Positions 40,461-51,667 of a DNA stretch of 64,000 bases are shown piece by piece. Origin of the DNA: Pseudomonadota bacterium (lineage in GTDB: Bacteria > Bdellovibrionota > Bdellovibrionia > Bdellovibrionales > Bdellovibrionaceae); assembly GCA_041178425.1 (NCBI GenBank), contig JBEGVH010000006.1, forward strand, positions 1 to 64,000, written 5' to 3'. A program made the position numbers and the translations under genes. How positions within the stretch are numbered: position 1 is the first letter of the stretch; each line of letters begins with the position of its first letter. Under the pieces are notes generated by a model, which made no database searches, was not told where the DNA came from, and was given only the letters and a program-made list of their open reading frames with translations.

Positions 40461-42526
40461 AGTCCTCAAAGAAAAAGAGTCTGTTTCGGCTTCACTCGGA
40501 ATTTCAGCCGTCGGGTGATCAGCCTCAAGCGATTCAAAAACTGGTTGAGAATTTTTCCACCGGTGCCAAACATCAAGTGCTCTTGGGAGTCACCGGCAGC
40601 GGTAAAACCTTTACAATGGCGCATGTGATTTCACAGCTTCAGCAGCCGGCTCTCGTCTTAGCTCCAAATAAAACCCTGGCAGCCCAACTCTATAGCGAAT
40701 TTAAAGAACTGTTTCCAGAAAATGCCGTTGAGTATTTCGTGAGCTATTACGATTACTATCAGCCCGAGGCCTATGTGCCGTCGACCGATACATTTATTGA
40801 GAAGGATTCGGCGATTAACGAGCATATCGATCGCATGCGCCACTCGGCTACGCGCTCTCTCTTTGAGCGCAAAGATGTGATTATAGTGGCCAGTGTTTCT
40901 TGTATTTATGGGCTTGGGAGTCCTGAATCCTATCTTGGGATGATGGTTTCTGTGGAGGTGGGGCAGAAGCTCAAACGCGATGCCTTCTTGAAGGAGCTTA
41001 TTCGCATTCAGTATCAGCGCAATAATATCGATTTCCATCGTGGAACCATCAAAGTTCGTGGTGATGTGGTCGATGTGTTCCCGAGTTATGAAGAGACTCG
41101 CGCTTTGCGCTTTGAATTTTTTGGTGATTATATTGATAAGATTTGCTGGTTTGATGTTTTAACAGGTGAAGTGTTTGATGAATTAGAGAAAGCTTCTGTG
41201 TTTCCGGCGAGCCACTACGTGAACGGAGACGACGTTCTTAAAAAAGCGATTGGAACGATTCAAGAAGAGCTTCGTGCACGAATCAAAGATTTCGAAAATC
41301 AGTTAAAGTTCCTCGAAGCCAAGCGAATCGAACAGCGCACCTACTACGACATCGAAATGATGGAGTCGATCGGGTTCTGTCAGGGCATTGAAAACTACTC
41401 GCGGCATATGACAGGCCGTGGCCCTGGTGAAGCACCTCCCACCTTGCTCGAATATTTTCCGGCGGAGTTTTTGACCATTGTGGATGAAAGCCATGTGACT
41501 ATTCCGCAAATCGGGGGAATGTATCGTGGCGATCGGGCGCGCAAGATGACTCTAGTGGAATATGGATTTCGTCTTCCCTCGGCCCTAGATAACCGGCCAT
41601 TGAATTTTCAAGAATACGAAAAACTCATGGACAAGGTCGTCTATGTGTCGGCGACCCCTGGGCCCTACGATATGCAAAAAAGTGAAGGCTTAGTCGTTGA
41701 GCAAATCATTCGTCCGACTGGGCTCTTAGACCCCCTTGTTGAGGTCCGTCCGGTGCGAACGCAGGTGGATGATTTGCTTAAGGAGATTCGCATTCGCATC
41801 AAAGCGAAAGAACGCGTGCTGATTACGACTCTCACGAAAAAAAGTGCTGAAGATCTTACGGAGTACTATGAGTCATTGAATATAAAAGTTAAATATCTCC
41901 ACAGCGATATAGATACTGTGCAGAGAACAGAGATTCTCAGAGATCTTCGTTTGGGTGTTTTTGATGTGTTGGTAGGAATCAACCTTTTACGAGAAGGTCT
42001 CGACTTGCCGGAGGTGAGTTTGGTTGGTATCACCGACGCTGACAAAGAAGGTTTTCTTCGTTCTGAGCGTTCATTGATTCAAACCATAGGGCGGGCAGCG
42101 AGAAATGCCAATGGCCGAGTGATTCTTTATGCGGATAAAGTGACTGACTCGATGTTCAAGGCCATGTCGGAGACGGAACGTCGGCGCCAGCTTCAGCAAG
42201 AATACAATGAAAAGCATGGGATCACCCCTGCCACGGTCAAACGAAAAATAAAAGATGGCCTGGGGGAGATGTTTGATGGATCTTTGTCTAAAACTATTCT
42301 TCGCTCGCAAGCACAAAGTAAAATAGCCGAAACAAAAGCTATTTATGCCCTCAAACCAACAGAATTGCGGGCGAAAATTGATGAACTGCGTGCCAAAATG
42401 AAAGCCTTGGCTCAAAAGTTAGAATTCGAGGAGGCCGCTAAACTTCGAGATGAAGTTCGTCGTCTCGAACTCCTTGAACTCGAAAATCTTGAGGGCGTCA
42501 TTGGGCGCGAGAGTGACAATGAGTAG
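40442..42526 (+). CDS. uvrB: Excinuclease ABC subunit B
   Basis: [18 protein letters not shown] and DESH motifs; C-terminal UVR domain. Start codon uncertain. Confidence 0.97.
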   Translation: MGSAKVKSSKKKSLFRLHSEFQPSGDQPQAIQKLVENFSTGAKHQVLLGVTGSGKTFTMAHVISQLQQPALVLAPNKTLAAQLYSEFKELFPENAVEYFVSYYDYYQPEAYVPSTDTFIEKDSAINEHIDRMRHSATRSLFERKDVIIVASVSCIYGLGSPESYLGMMVSVEVGQKLKRDAFLKELIRIQYQRNNIDFHRGTIKVRGDVVDVFPSYEETRALRFEFFGDYIDKICWFDVLTGEVFDELEKASVFPASHYVNGDDVLKKAIGTIQEELRARIKDFENQLKFLEAKRIEQRTYYDIEMMESIGFCQGIENYSRHMTGRGPGEAPPTLLEYFPAEFLTIVDESHVTIPQIGGMYRGDRARKMTLVEYGFRLPSALDNRPLNFQEYEKLMDKVVYVSATPGPYDMQKSEGLVVEQIIRPTGLLDPLVEVRPVRTQVDDLLKEIRIRIKAKERVLITTLTKKSAEDLTEYYESLNIKVKYLHSDIDTVQRTEILRDLRLGVFDVLVGINLLREGLDLPEVSLVGITDADKEGFLRSERSLIQTIGRAARNANGRVILYADKVTDSMFKAMSETERRRQLQQEYNEKHGITPATVKRKIKDGLGEMFDGSLSKTILRSQAQSKIAETKAIYALKPTELRAKIDELRAKMKALAQKLEFEEAAKLRDEVRRLELLELENLEGVIGRESDNE

Positions 42527-44432
42527 GTCTATTGGGCAGTCACTGGTGAACTCAAAAATTGACGATCTCAAGGACCGTGTGAGGGATTTTCCGGATCAGT
42601 CGGGTGTCTATCTCATGAAAAATAGCACCGATAAAATCATCTACGTTGGTAAAGCGAAAAATCTCAAACAGCGGGTGCGAAGTTATTTGGGTGAAAGCAA
42701 AGACCTAACGCCGAAGACTCGACTTCTCGTCGCCAATATTCACGTGATCGATTATATTCTTACGAAAACCGAAGTAGAGGCGTTCCTTCTCGAAGCTTCG
42801 TTGATCAAAAAACACCGTCCAAAATTTAATATCCGTCTCAAAGATGATAAAAACTACCCTTATATTCGCGTTTCGATGAAAGACGAGTACCCACGCCTTT
42901 ATTTGAGCCGCACGGTCAAACCCGATGGGTCTCTGTATTTTGGCCCTTATACGAGGGGCGGTAGTGTTTTTGAGACCATGCGCTTTCTCAATCAATCCTT
43001 TCAATTGCGTGATTGCACCGACCACAATCTTAAAACGAGAGAACGCCCGTGTATTAACTTTCAACTGGCACGCTGTTCGGCCCCTTGTGTGAAATTGGTG
43101 AATACCACAAATTACGGTGAGGATATCGCGAAAGCTCTTCAGTTTTTGCGGGGTCAAAGTCAGGAATTGATCGACGAGCTCAAGCAAAGAATGTTGCATC
43201 TCTCGGATGAAGAAAAATACGAACAGGCCGCTCGCTGGCGCGATACCTTACGTTCATTAACAGCGATTCTTGAAAAACAATCGGTGGTTGATCCCAACGC
43301 AAAAAAAGATGTCGATATCGTTTGTTTTGTGGGAGATCAGCGTGGAACGATGATTCAGTTTTTGCACGTTCGTCAGGGGCGTGTGCTCGGTACTCGCTCG
43401 CAATTTTTATCGGGCCTTGATCCACAAGATCCCAATGAGGATCCGCGCGAGTGGTTTGTGTCGGTGATCAATCAATATTTTTGGGAGAACATTGTGCCTG
43501 AGGAGGTCGTTCTCTCCTTTGATATCGGCGTAGAGATGATGCGCCTCATGCAAAAAGTATTGACGGAACGGCGAGGGAGTGAGGTCTTAATTAAGATCGG
43601 AACCCACGATGAAAAAGAAAAAGAACTCTTAGAATTGACTCTGAACAATGCGCGGGTGGCGCTCGAGAAACAATCAGAAAAAGTGGAATCCAAAAAGAAG
43701 GGTCTCGAAGAGATTAAAGAGAAATTCAACCTTCCACAGATTCCTTTTCGAATTGAGTGCTATGATATTTCCAATTTTCAAGGGCGTGAGATCGTTGCGA
43801 GTCAGGTGGTTTTTGAAAAAGGGATTCCGGCCAAAGATCAGTATCGACTTTATAAGATCAAGTCTCTGAAAGACGCCAACGATTTTGCCTCCATGAAAGA
43901 AGTCCTCAGTCGGCGTTTTAAGCATCAGGAGTGGGAGGATCCTCAATTGGTGGTTGTTGATGGCGGTAAGGGCCAGTTGAATTTCGCTCTACAAGCTCTC
44001 AAAGAAGTGGGTAAGGACCACCTTCCTTTGGTATCACTCGCGAAAGCCAAAACTGAAAGTGATTTTGAAAAAACGGAAGTGCAAGGATCTGAGGAGCGAT
44101 TTTTTCTGCCGGGGCGACAGAATCCTGTGCTCTTTCGTAAAAATAGTGAAGGCTTAAGAATACTCACTCATCTTCGTGATGAGGCCCATCGTTTTGCGAT
44201 CACGTTTCACCGAAAGCTGCGTGATAAAAAGAGTCTGGGATCTATTCTCGATGAGATCGAAGGCGTGGGTGAGAAACGTAAGAAGCTTCTTTTGGAGCGC
44301 TTCAGCGGCCTTGAGGCCATAATGGCCGCCACGGCCGAAGAAATTGCAGCTCTTCCGAGTTTTAATTTAGATTTAGCCGAAGAGATTAAGGCGTTTCTCA
44401 TGAACGAACTGGGTGATGATTCCCAGCCCTAA
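42519..44432 (+). CDS. uvrC: Excinuclease ABC subunit C
   Basis: [17 protein letters not shown] domain; ECYDIS, DGGKGQ and RDEAHRFA motifs; HhH. Confidence 0.96.
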   Translation: MSRSIGQSLVNSKIDDLKDRVRDFPDQSGVYLMKNSTDKIIYVGKAKNLKQRVRSYLGESKDLTPKTRLLVANIHVIDYILTKTEVEAFLLEASLIKKHRPKFNIRLKDDKNYPYIRVSMKDEYPRLYLSRTVKPDGSLYFGPYTRGGSVFETMRFLNQSFQLRDCTDHNLKTRERPCINFQLARCSAPCVKLVNTTNYGEDIAKALQFLRGQSQELIDELKQRMLHLSDEEKYEQAARWRDTLRSLTAILEKQSVVDPNAKKDVDIVCFVGDQRGTMIQFLHVRQGRVLGTRSQFLSGLDPQDPNEDPREWFVSVINQYFWENIVPEEVVLSFDIGVEMMRLMQKVLTERRGSEVLIKIGTHDEKEKELLELTLNNARVALEKQSEKVESKKKGLEEIKEKFNLPQIPFRIECYDISNFQGREIVASQVVFEKGIPAKDQYRLYKIKSLKDANDFASMKEVLSRRFKHQEWEDPQLVVVDGGKGQLNFALQALKEVGKDHLPLVSLAKAKTESDFEKTEVQGSEERFFLPGRQNPVLFRKNSEGLRILTHLRDEAHRFAITFHRKLRDKKSLGSILDEIEGVGEKRKKLLLERFSGLEAIMAATAEEIAALPSFNLDLAEEIKAFLMNELGDDSQP

Positions 44433-44482
44433 AAAATAGAAAAGTCCGCTCAGCTATCTTCCTGATAACAAAAGCGGACTTT
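44430..44482 (-). terminator. Intrinsic terminator of the riboswitch transcript (possibly bidirectional with uvrC)
   Basis: Stem AAAGTCCGCT (44441-50) / AGCGGACTTT (44473-82) with an inner TATC/GATA hairpin; the U-rich tail TCTATTTTTT is on the minus strand. Confidence 0.7.
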
Positions 44483-44504
44483 AAGGGGAATAAAACCGTT
44501 CCAT
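44481..44504 (-). CDS. Micro-ORF MERFYSP* downstream of the riboswitch
   Basis: AAGGAAGGAG SD, 6-nt spacer, then ATG GAA CGG TTT TAT TCC CCT TAA. Confidence 0.4.
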   Translation of the reverse strand: MERFYSP

Positions 44505-44553
44505 GGGGATCTCCTTCCTTCTCTAAATAAACCTACCTTAGGCTTTTTATCGA

Positions 44554-44651
44554 CCTTTGGCACACTGGCTGGCATTTCTCATCCGGAGAATTAGCCCCTT
44601 TAGTTTTGCGTCCCATCGTTTCCAATGGTTTGCCCTGAGACAAAGGAAGGA
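44554..44651 (-). ncRNA. c-di-GMP-I (GEMM) riboswitch aptamer
   Basis: CAGGGCAAACCAUUG-GAAA-CGAUGGGACGCAAAACU...GGCUAA-UUCUC/GAGAA-AUGCCAGCCAGU; P1 CCUUUG/CAAAGG; GNRA loop and tetraloop receptor present. Confidence 0.92.
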
Positions 44652-45104
44652 TATGACATATATTTAATTTTTCTATATCATTCCTAGACTAGAAAAAAAC
44701 CTCGATAGAGCCTCCTTAATTATTTAGTTGAAAAAACGTACCGCAACCAAATTTTAAAAACCTAGTTGGGCTTCGCTACTTTGGTGCACGGGATTCGCAA
44801 GCTCTGTGCTTCCTGGCTTTGCTCATGTCCCACCCTCCTTTTGAGCGTCGTTTGGAACCAACGCGCTAACAAAATCAGGTTACTAAACAATGTTAGTTTT
44901 TACAAATTTTTGAGGGGACTGCGTATCAGGTTGACGACTGTTAAGAATATCAACGGCTTAACCGATGAAAATCGTTTTATTAGGAGACAAATCTCAAAAG
45001 TGTTCAAAATAAAAATCAAAAAAAAGTGGATCGAAAAAACTAGAGAATAACTTTGAGCGCTCTAGAATCCCTCTCTGGAGCGTTTTCTAAGTCGATAGTA
45101 AAAA

Positions 45105-46160
45105 TTATTTGGCGTCGAGGTTTGATTTTATAGAGGCTTTATTGGCGAAAGACGCAACCGCATCAGAGCCATAAAAAAGAAGTTCTAAGTCCTCCCACTC
45201 AACACCAATATAAACCTGTTGCTCTTCAATTAATCGCTTCAGCTCATTCATCTTAATGCTGGCTTCCATCACATAAGGATCGGCATAGGCTGTTGCTTTT
45301 GCGAGGGAGGGAGTAGTGAAGAGGCTTTCTTGCCAATTGGGGCTCGACAGAAAAAAAGTGAGATAGTTTTTGTGAAGGTTGAGTCGTTCATGAGGAGTTT
45401 TGGTGGAAGTGTTTAATTCTATCTTGGAGAGGCTTTGATTCCAATCTTTATACTTCGAATTGGAATTCAATTCGACAGTTAGTTGCGCACGGAGAGAATC
45501 AAATTCTGTTTGTGCAAAATGAGGATCGTTCAACTTTTGGATGAGGAGAAGGAATAGAGCTTGAGCTTTGCCGAGTCCTCGATAAAGGGTGACTTTATCG
45601 TCCTTAGAAAATTGGTTCTTTAAAAACAAGAATAGCTCCCTATGAGCGTTTTTGCGTGAGTAATTGTATGATTGAGTTTCGCTATCAAAAGCGAAATAGG
45701 GTTGTGCAGGTAAAACCGACTGAATCGGATCTAATTCTTTGTGTCCGAATTCAAAAAATCGCTGATTGCGATAGTAGCCCTCTAAAAAAAGGGATCCATT
45801 GATGAGGACCCAACGATTGTCGAAGCGACGGCCGGTTTCGAACGCCGTTACAATCTCCTTGTTAGAACGCTCAAACATTCTTCTGCCCATCGTTGGATGC
45901 GTAGTAATGAAGGGTGTTCGTTTGAGGAAGTTCTCGTCAAACCAATCAAGTTCGCTGTTAATCCATAGGTTCCGCTCTGAAGGGGGTAGGTTAAGAACGA
46001 CGTCGTTGAGATTATTGAGACGAACTTGAAACGCTTTTTGGTTGAGTGTTGTTGCGCATTTGTGGATGCTACCCAATGATTTGGCTGTAGCCGCCGCTAG
46101 TGAAGGGCCCATGTTTCCAACTAAAAAAGAAAAAGCCAAAAAAAGTTTTAGAATTGTCAC
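45105..46160 (-). CDS. Secreted hypothetical protein with ADP-ribosyltransferase-like motifs
   Basis: Signal peptide; VTLYRGL, SLFTTPSLAKATAYA and EWEDLELLF motifs. Confidence 0.55.
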   Translation of the reverse strand: MTILKLFLAFSFLVGNMGPSLAAATAKSLGSIHKCATTLNQKAFQVRLNNLNDVVLNLPPSERNLWINSELDWFDENFLKRTPFITTHPTMGRRMFERSNKEIVTAFETGRRFDNRWVLINGSLFLEGYYRNQRFFEFGHKELDPIQSVLPAQPYFAFDSETQSYNYSRKNAHRELFLFLKNQFSKDDKVTLYRGLGKAQALFLLLIQKLNDPHFAQTEFDSLRAQLTVELNSNSKYKDWNQSLSKIELNTSTKTPHERLNLHKNYLTFFLSSPNWQESLFTTPSLAKATAYADPYVMEASIKMNELKRLIEEQQVYIGVEWEDLELLFYGSDAVASFANKASIKSNLDAK

Positions 46161-46356
46161 AAAGAACTCCCCAAATTGTCACTCTTGTGTGTTCAATTCG
46201 TAATATGAACGATCTGTTTCGGTTTAATAGCCTTTGAACCTTTTTAGGGAAGGGTGAAAGCAATATAAAAGCCATTTTTAAATATTACTTTGCAGCCTTA
46301 GTTGCGCTTGGTAGTAAGGGGTTATCGAACATTGGAATTGACGATAGAGATCGGGG

Positions 46357-47658
46357 ATGGTGGCTATGGTGTTTGTTGGCTTACACAGTTTTAAACAAGG
46401 CTTCGCCATGGCCGTCTTGAGTCTTTTTGTTTTATCTTGGTCTCTAGATGGGTTGGCAACAGGGGCCCTCTCCTCTCAGCGTTTGCCCATTCTTCAGGGG
46501 GCCACCAGCTCTACGACGGTTCAATTGGCGGTTTTACGTTCCAGCGATCGGAACCTCCGCTATCAGCTGGCCGACTCACTGGGGGCTCTCTTTGAGCCGA
46601 TCTCCATAAAGGTAAAAACGCGAGTAACGTCGGCATGGGTGGTAGATCAACTGGCTTATCAAGGTCTTCCCGAGGGGCGGGAGTTGGTTTTTAGAGTTCT
46701 CAGTGCAGAGGGAAAGCCTTTGGATGCCCGCTTGTTACGAACGTTAAACCCTCGCGCGCCTCACCTTAAAATAGCTCTAGCGTCTTGTATGGCCGACGAT
46801 CCACAGTTTTATTCGGCTCCCATTTGGCGGTCCTTAGAGGGTCAAAAACCAGATCTGATATTTTTCTTAGGTGACAATGTGTACGCCTCTATCAAAACAC
46901 CGGTCAATCCTGCCGAGTTGTGGGAGCGCTACCGCCAGACACGAATGGCCCTTGATTTTTTTTACTTCGAGAGATTGATTCCTGTTTTTGCCACTTGGGA
47001 TGATCATGACTTTGGGCTCAATAATGGTGATCGACGTTACCCCTTTGTGCGAGAGGCACAAGACGTCTTTAGGGATTTTTTTCCACAAGAAGAAATCTTC
47101 GGAATTCTCCAAAAAGGGCCCGGCATCAGTCAGTCCCTCCTTCTCTATGGAAAACAATTTGTATTTATGGACGACCGTAGTTTTCGAGATGCCCCGATGG
47201 GGGAGTCCATGTGGGGAAGTGAGCAAGAAGCGTGGCTCTCGACGATTCTCAAAACTGCGAAGCAGCCGGTGTGGGTGATTAATGGTTCGCAAATGTTCGG
47301 ACAGTATGGTCCGAGTGAGTCGTTAGAGCGAGATTTTCCCTCTCATTTTTCTCGTTTTGTAGGCGATTTGAGTCGTTCTAGCCAATCCTTCACATTGGTG
47401 TCTGGTGACATTCATTCCTCTGAAGTTTTGCAGTTGCCGGTGAAGTTAGTAGGGCGACGAGCCCTCGAGATCACCTCTAGTTCCATGCATGCTAAACATT
47501 CTAGTCTTAGAGAACTTCCGCCGAGTCCGCGACGGTTGGCGGGGTATCATGGTGATAACTTTGTGATCGTGCATTTTGAACCAGATCCCACCCAAAATAG
47601 CTTTTATTTAGAAGCCTTTGGTCGCCGGAACCAAAAAGTCTTTGAGTATTTGTATTGA
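46357..47658 (+). CDS. PhoD-family alkaline phosphatase/phosphodiesterase
   Basis: ASC, FLGDNVY, WDDHD, DDRSFR and SGDIH motifs. Start codon uncertain. Confidence 0.85.
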   Translation: MVAMVFVGLHSFKQGFAMAVLSLFVLSWSLDGLATGALSSQRLPILQGATSSTTVQLAVLRSSDRNLRYQLADSLGALFEPISIKVKTRVTSAWVVDQLAYQGLPEGRELVFRVLSAEGKPLDARLLRTLNPRAPHLKIALASCMADDPQFYSAPIWRSLEGQKPDLIFFLGDNVYASIKTPVNPAELWERYRQTRMALDFFYFERLIPVFATWDDHDFGLNNGDRRYPFVREAQDVFRDFFPQEEIFGILQKGPGISQSLLLYGKQFVFMDDRSFRDAPMGESMWGSEQEAWLSTILKTAKQPVWVINGSQMFGQYGPSESLERDFPSHFSRFVGDLSRSSQSFTLVSGDIHSSEVLQLPVKLVGRRALEITSSSMHAKHSSLRELPPSPRRLAGYHGDNFVIVHFEPDPTQNSFYLEAFGRRNQKVFEYLY

Positions 47659-47738
47659 TGTTTGCAGGGGCGAACTCTCAAAATCAATCCTGAATGCCCG
47701 TTTTTATGTCGATGGTGGTAACAAGATTCTCTTCAAAT

Positions 47739-47769
47739 AAAAAAAAGAGCCAAGGGTCCTTGGCTCTTT
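47739..47769 (-). terminator. Intrinsic terminator
   Basis: AAAGAGCCAAG / CTTGGCTCTTT stem with a T run on the minus strand. Confidence 0.8.
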
Positions 47770-47778
47770 GGGTGTCAT

Positions 47779-49383
47779 TTAAAGTGCTCCGCCACCGGGG
47801 GGTCGAGGAGTTGTTGTCTCCTCAGGGGTTGTGGTTTCACCGCCTGGACCCGTGGGTCCAGTAGGACCAGTTGGTCCGGTTGGGCCTGTCGGACCGGTGG
47901 GTCCAGTAGGACCCGTAGGACCAGTAGTGCCAGGGGTTCCGCCTGGACCTGTTGGGCCCGTTGGGCCAGCAGGACCTGTGGCTCCTGTGTCACCTTTCGC
48001 GCCCTTGGCACCTGTTTTTCCTTGTTTTCCACTGTTGAGGAGTGCTGCGATCGCTAAACCAAGAGCGGCAAGAACGCCACCGCAAACGAGCCCTTCGGTG
48101 ATCCCTTTGGTACAAAACCAGCCACTTTCTTCTTTTTTCTCTGTGGCAGCCGCGGCTGCCACAGGAGCTATTTTATCGCTAGACTTTGTCGCTGCGGCGG
48201 GTGCCTTTGCGGCTTCAGTTAAGTTGCCCATAGGTTTCAACACTTCCACGCACGCGGAAATGTTGTGGTGGTTATCCTCAGAAGCCGTAAATCCAGTGAT
48301 GTCTTTCGCGGAAATTCCTTTGAGTTTAGTGCGATCGTCTTTATATTGTTTGCGATCTTTATCAGCCATACAAGTGTCGATGAGCCAATCCATCTTTCCG
48401 ATGAGGTGATCGCGCACTGATTTATTGATTGTCACTTTGTCTTTGTAGCGTGGATCACTTTCTAGTTTTTTAATATGCTCATTCATTTTCTCTGGGCTAT
48501 TGATAGAGCTGTAGCCAGAGGCGTCGGCACACTGCTTTGAAACGTCTTCCTTTGGATTTTTTGTTACGCAGTATTCCTTTGAACCGTTGTAGCCAAATAA
48601 AAGGGGATTACAAACAAGCTTGCTTCCGCCACAACTATAAATGGCTGTGGGTTGTGTGCAGCCTCTCTCGTAGCCGCAACAGCCTGTTTCTTCATCGTAC
48701 ATTGCAGTCACCCAGCCTGCGATGACGCAGCTTCGGTCTTTCTCGCCAGCGGTTGCACTGGGAAGGAGAAGGTCGAAGAGGCTCGATGTTTTTCGAGCCT
48801 TAGGGAGAAAGTTAGACTGGTTTTTTTCAACCGCCATAATGAATTCGCGGAGGGCCTTAAAGTAAGCCATACCCCACTTCGGATCGGCTTTAGAATAGGC
48901 CTTGATTTGCTCCCATGTTGGCAGGGGATTAGTATCGAGTTCTGATTCGATCACGCCATTTTCGAGAGCTTTTTTGAGTGGAAGATTTGTTTTATTAACA
49001 ACTAAAGTTTCACCGTCAGCTGTTTGTTTTAATAGCCACTCCTGCTTTCCGGCGTCTTTCGTTTGAAATCGAAGTTTCAAAAAAGCACCATCAGCCTTGT
49101 TTTTTTGAACCGTGGCTGAAATAGCAGGAAACATTTCGTTTTTGTGCTGAGCCACCCATGGAGCAAAGCGAGCTGCTGTGTCTGCATCCATTTGGCCTTT
49201 TGCTTTTTCAAACCAGGCTCCGACCGTTTGGGCTTTGCCCATGCCGGCTGCATTCAATCTTTCTTTTGAGTGTTTGATAAAATTCTGGTTATTGGGAGCT
49301 GCCCAAACAGCCGCTTCAACAAACAGACTCGAACTGAGAAAGAGGCAGAGGCCTCGGTGAATGACCTGCATTCTTTTCTTCAT
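47779..49383 (-). CDS. Exported Cys-rich protein with late TM helix and collagen-like C-terminal tail
   Basis: Signal peptide; CVIAGW / CNPLLFG Cys-rich domain; hydrophobic [18 protein letters not shown]; 22 Gly-X-Y triplets. Confidence 0.8.
   Translation of the reverse strand: MKKRMQVIHRGLCLFLSSSLFVEAAVWAAPNNQNFIKHSKERLNAAGMGKAQTVGAWFEKAKGQMDADTAARFAPWVAQHKNEMFPAISATVQKNKADGAFLKLRFQTKDAGKQEWLLKQTADGETLVVNKTNLPLKKALENGVIESELDTNPLPTWEQIKAYSKADPKWGMAYFKALREFIMAVEKNQSNFLPKARKTSSLFDLLLPSATAGEKDRSCVIAGWVTAMYDEETGCCGYERGCTQPTAIYSCGGSKLVCNPLLFGYNGSKEYCVTKNPKEDVSKQCADASGYSSINSPEKMNEHIKKLESDPRYKDKVTINKSVRDHLIGKMDWLIDTCMADKDRKQYKDDRTKLKGISAKDITGFTASEDNHHNISACVEVLKPMGNLTEAAKAPAAATKSSDKIAPVAAAAATEKKEESGWFCTKGITEGLVCGGVLAALGLAIAALLNSGKQGKTGAKGAKGDTGATGPAGPTGPTGPGGTPGTTGPTGPTGPTGPTGPTGPTGPTGPTGPGGETTTPEETTTPRPPGGGAL
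47833..48030 (-). repeat. Collagen-like (Gly-X-Y)22 coding repeat, mostly GPT
   Basis: 198 bp with 9-bp periodicity and synonymous variation between units. Confidence 0.9.
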
Positions 49384-49549
49384 CCCAAACTCCTTTTAGG
49401 GAAAGCGTGGAGAACGCCATTCAATAGAATGCGGATCCCCATCAATGCCTTTAGTTTATGGGATAAATTCCCCTGATTGCTAGCTTTTTATTAAAAACTA
49501 GTCGCTCAGTGCGAGCTCAGGGGCTTAGGCTTAAGCAAACTGTTTTTCT

Positions 49550-51397
49550 TTAAAGGGTGGCTTCGGGTGGGTGAGTCGTTGTCACTGGAGTGAAGCTCAT
49601 TTTCAGATGAGCGCGAATCTCTCTGAAAACACCTGGACTTTTGTGAGAAAGAGACTCGAAGAATTCCTCTTGTAACACAAGCTCTTCCATCCAATGGTTG
49701 GCGTTCAGGTGTGTGACGCTTTGGTAAGCGGTTGGAGAAAAGTCGAGCCCGTCCCAGTGAAGATCGTGGTAACGAGGAATCAATCCGATGGGGGTTTGCA
49801 TTCCAGTTCCTTTGCCCTCTACTCGTTGGAACATCCAGTGAAGAACACGCATGTTTTCGCCGAAGCCAGGCCAGATAAAACGATCGTTTTCCTTACGGAA
49901 CCAGTTCACTCCGAACACCTTAGGAGCCTTTTCAAGCTGCGATCCAAATTTCAGCCAATGAGTAAAGTAGTCACCCATATGATAGCCACAGAAAGGAAGC
50001 ATCGCCATTGGATCGCGACGAACAACCCCCACAGCCCCTGTCGCAGCCGCCGTGGTTTCAGAAGCTGTGCTCGCTCCGATATAAACGCCTCGCTCCCATG
50101 AAGGGGCTTCGTAAACGAGAGGTATCGTGTTGGCTCGACGTCCACCGAAAATAAAGGCCGAAATCGGAACACCGGCCGGGTTGTTCCAGTTGGCATCAAG
50201 GGAAGGGCACTGATTAGTAGAAACCGTAAAACGGGCATTCGGGTGGGCTGCCTTGCGACCACAGTCAGGTGTCCAGTCCTTGCCTTGCCAATCGATCAAA
50301 TGAGTAGGAGGCGTGTCGGTCATCCCTTCCCACCAAACATCCCCGTCATCGGTCAATGCACAGTTGGTAAAAATAGTATTAGAGGCAATGGTTTTCATTG
50401 CATTGGGGTTGGTTTTCATGGAGGTGCCTGGAGCTACGCCAAAATAACCAGCTTCAGGATTGACGGCACGAATACTGCCATCTTCCTTTGGGTGAATCCA
50501 AGCGATATCGTCCCCAAGAGTGGTGACTTTCCAACCATCGAAGGTTTTTGGTGGAATTAACATCGAAAAATTGGTCTTTCCGCAGGCACTCGGAAAGGCA
50601 GCGGCGAAGTAATGCTTTTGCCCTTCTGGATTCTCAACACCCATAATGAGCATATGCTCTGCCAGCCAATTCTGCTGACGCCCCATGTGAGAGGCGATTC
50701 TCAGTGAAAAACATTTTTTACCAAGAAGCGCATTGCCACCGTAGCCAGAGCCAAACGACCAAATCGTTTGTTCTTCCGGAAAATGCACGATGTATTTTTG
50801 ATCTTTGTTGCAAGGCCAGCTCACATCGGTTTGATTTGGCATCAAGGGAGCGCCGACAGAGTGCAAGCATTTGACGTAGGAGCTGCCTTCCATTTTATGG
50901 AGGGCCGGTAAACCCATACGGGTCATTGTTTTCATGCTCACAACAACATAAGGAGAATCAGTGATTTCAATTCCGTATTGCGAAAGTGGCGAACCGAGCG
51001 GACCCATGCAAAATGGGATCACGTACATCGTGCGACCTCGCATTGATCCACGATAAAGATCGATCATGATTTTTTTCATGTCGGATGGTTCCATCCAGTT
51101 ATTCGTAGGACCAGCGTCAGATTTATCGGTACTGCAGATATAAGTGCGGTCTTCAACGCGCGCAACATCCGAAGGGTCGGAGAGAGCGAGAAAGCTATTG
51201 GGACGTTTTTCTGGATTGAGCTTCTTAAAGGTTCCTGTCTGAACTAAAAGTTCGCAGAAGTTTTCATATTCTTCTTCTGAACCGTCACACCAATAAATAT
51301 TTTGCGGCTCACAGAGTGAAGCGATATCCTTGATCCAAGCGTTAATGGTGGAGTCATTAGACCCATTATAAGGGGTTTTTAAGGTGATTGTAGCCAT
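49550..51397 (-). CDS. pckG: GTP-dependent phosphoenolpyruvate carboxykinase
   Basis: [28 protein letters not shown] and AHPNARF motifs. Confidence 0.95.
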   Translation of the reverse strand: MATITLKTPYNGSNDSTINAWIKDIASLCEPQNIYWCDGSEEEYENFCELLVQTGTFKKLNPEKRPNSFLALSDPSDVARVEDRTYICSTDKSDAGPTNNWMEPSDMKKIMIDLYRGSMRGRTMYVIPFCMGPLGSPLSQYGIEITDSPYVVVSMKTMTRMGLPALHKMEGSSYVKCLHSVGAPLMPNQTDVSWPCNKDQKYIVHFPEEQTIWSFGSGYGGNALLGKKCFSLRIASHMGRQQNWLAEHMLIMGVENPEGQKHYFAAAFPSACGKTNFSMLIPPKTFDGWKVTTLGDDIAWIHPKEDGSIRAVNPEAGYFGVAPGTSMKTNPNAMKTIASNTIFTNCALTDDGDVWWEGMTDTPPTHLIDWQGKDWTPDCGRKAAHPNARFTVSTNQCPSLDANWNNPAGVPISAFIFGGRRANTIPLVYEAPSWERGVYIGASTASETTAAATGAVGVVRRDPMAMLPFCGYHMGDYFTHWLKFGSQLEKAPKVFGVNWFRKENDRFIWPGFGENMRVLHWMFQRVEGKGTGMQTPIGLIPRYHDLHWDGLDFSPTAYQSVTHLNANHWMEELVLQEEFFESLSHKSPGVFREIRAHLKMSFTPVTTTHPPEATL

Positions 51398-51667
51398 AAC
51401 TTTGCCCTCCCAATTGAACTCAAAGTTTAGAATCATAAATCATCGAAGAGTTAATTATTGGAACGAAACTATAGGTTAGATACTTTGGCTAGTGAAATCA
51501 GCGCACGATGGCGCCCAAAGTCAATTAGTGTTCAACTCACTAGTTTTACATTGGTTTTATGAAGAAAGCTTCAACTCGTAAAGGCATCAAAGGGGGCCGT
51601 TTTGGTGCCTGCGAAACGCAAAAGAATGTTACATAATTTTTGGATTAAAATTGCTCGTTGAGAGCAA

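Noticed and set aside
44625..44640. cGAMP-specific (GEMM-Ib) identity for the riboswitch
   Set aside because: The discriminating position reads G (AGGGCAAACC, as in Vc2), not A. c-di-GMP is preferred on sequence grounds, pending a binding assay.
44766..45050. 94-aa plus-strand ORF in the AT-rich gap
   Set aside because: TTG start, no RBS and no recognisable protein features; more likely regulatory spacer.
47831..48409. 192-aa plus-strand (GPV)n ORF
   Set aside because: Antisense shadow of the collagen repeat.
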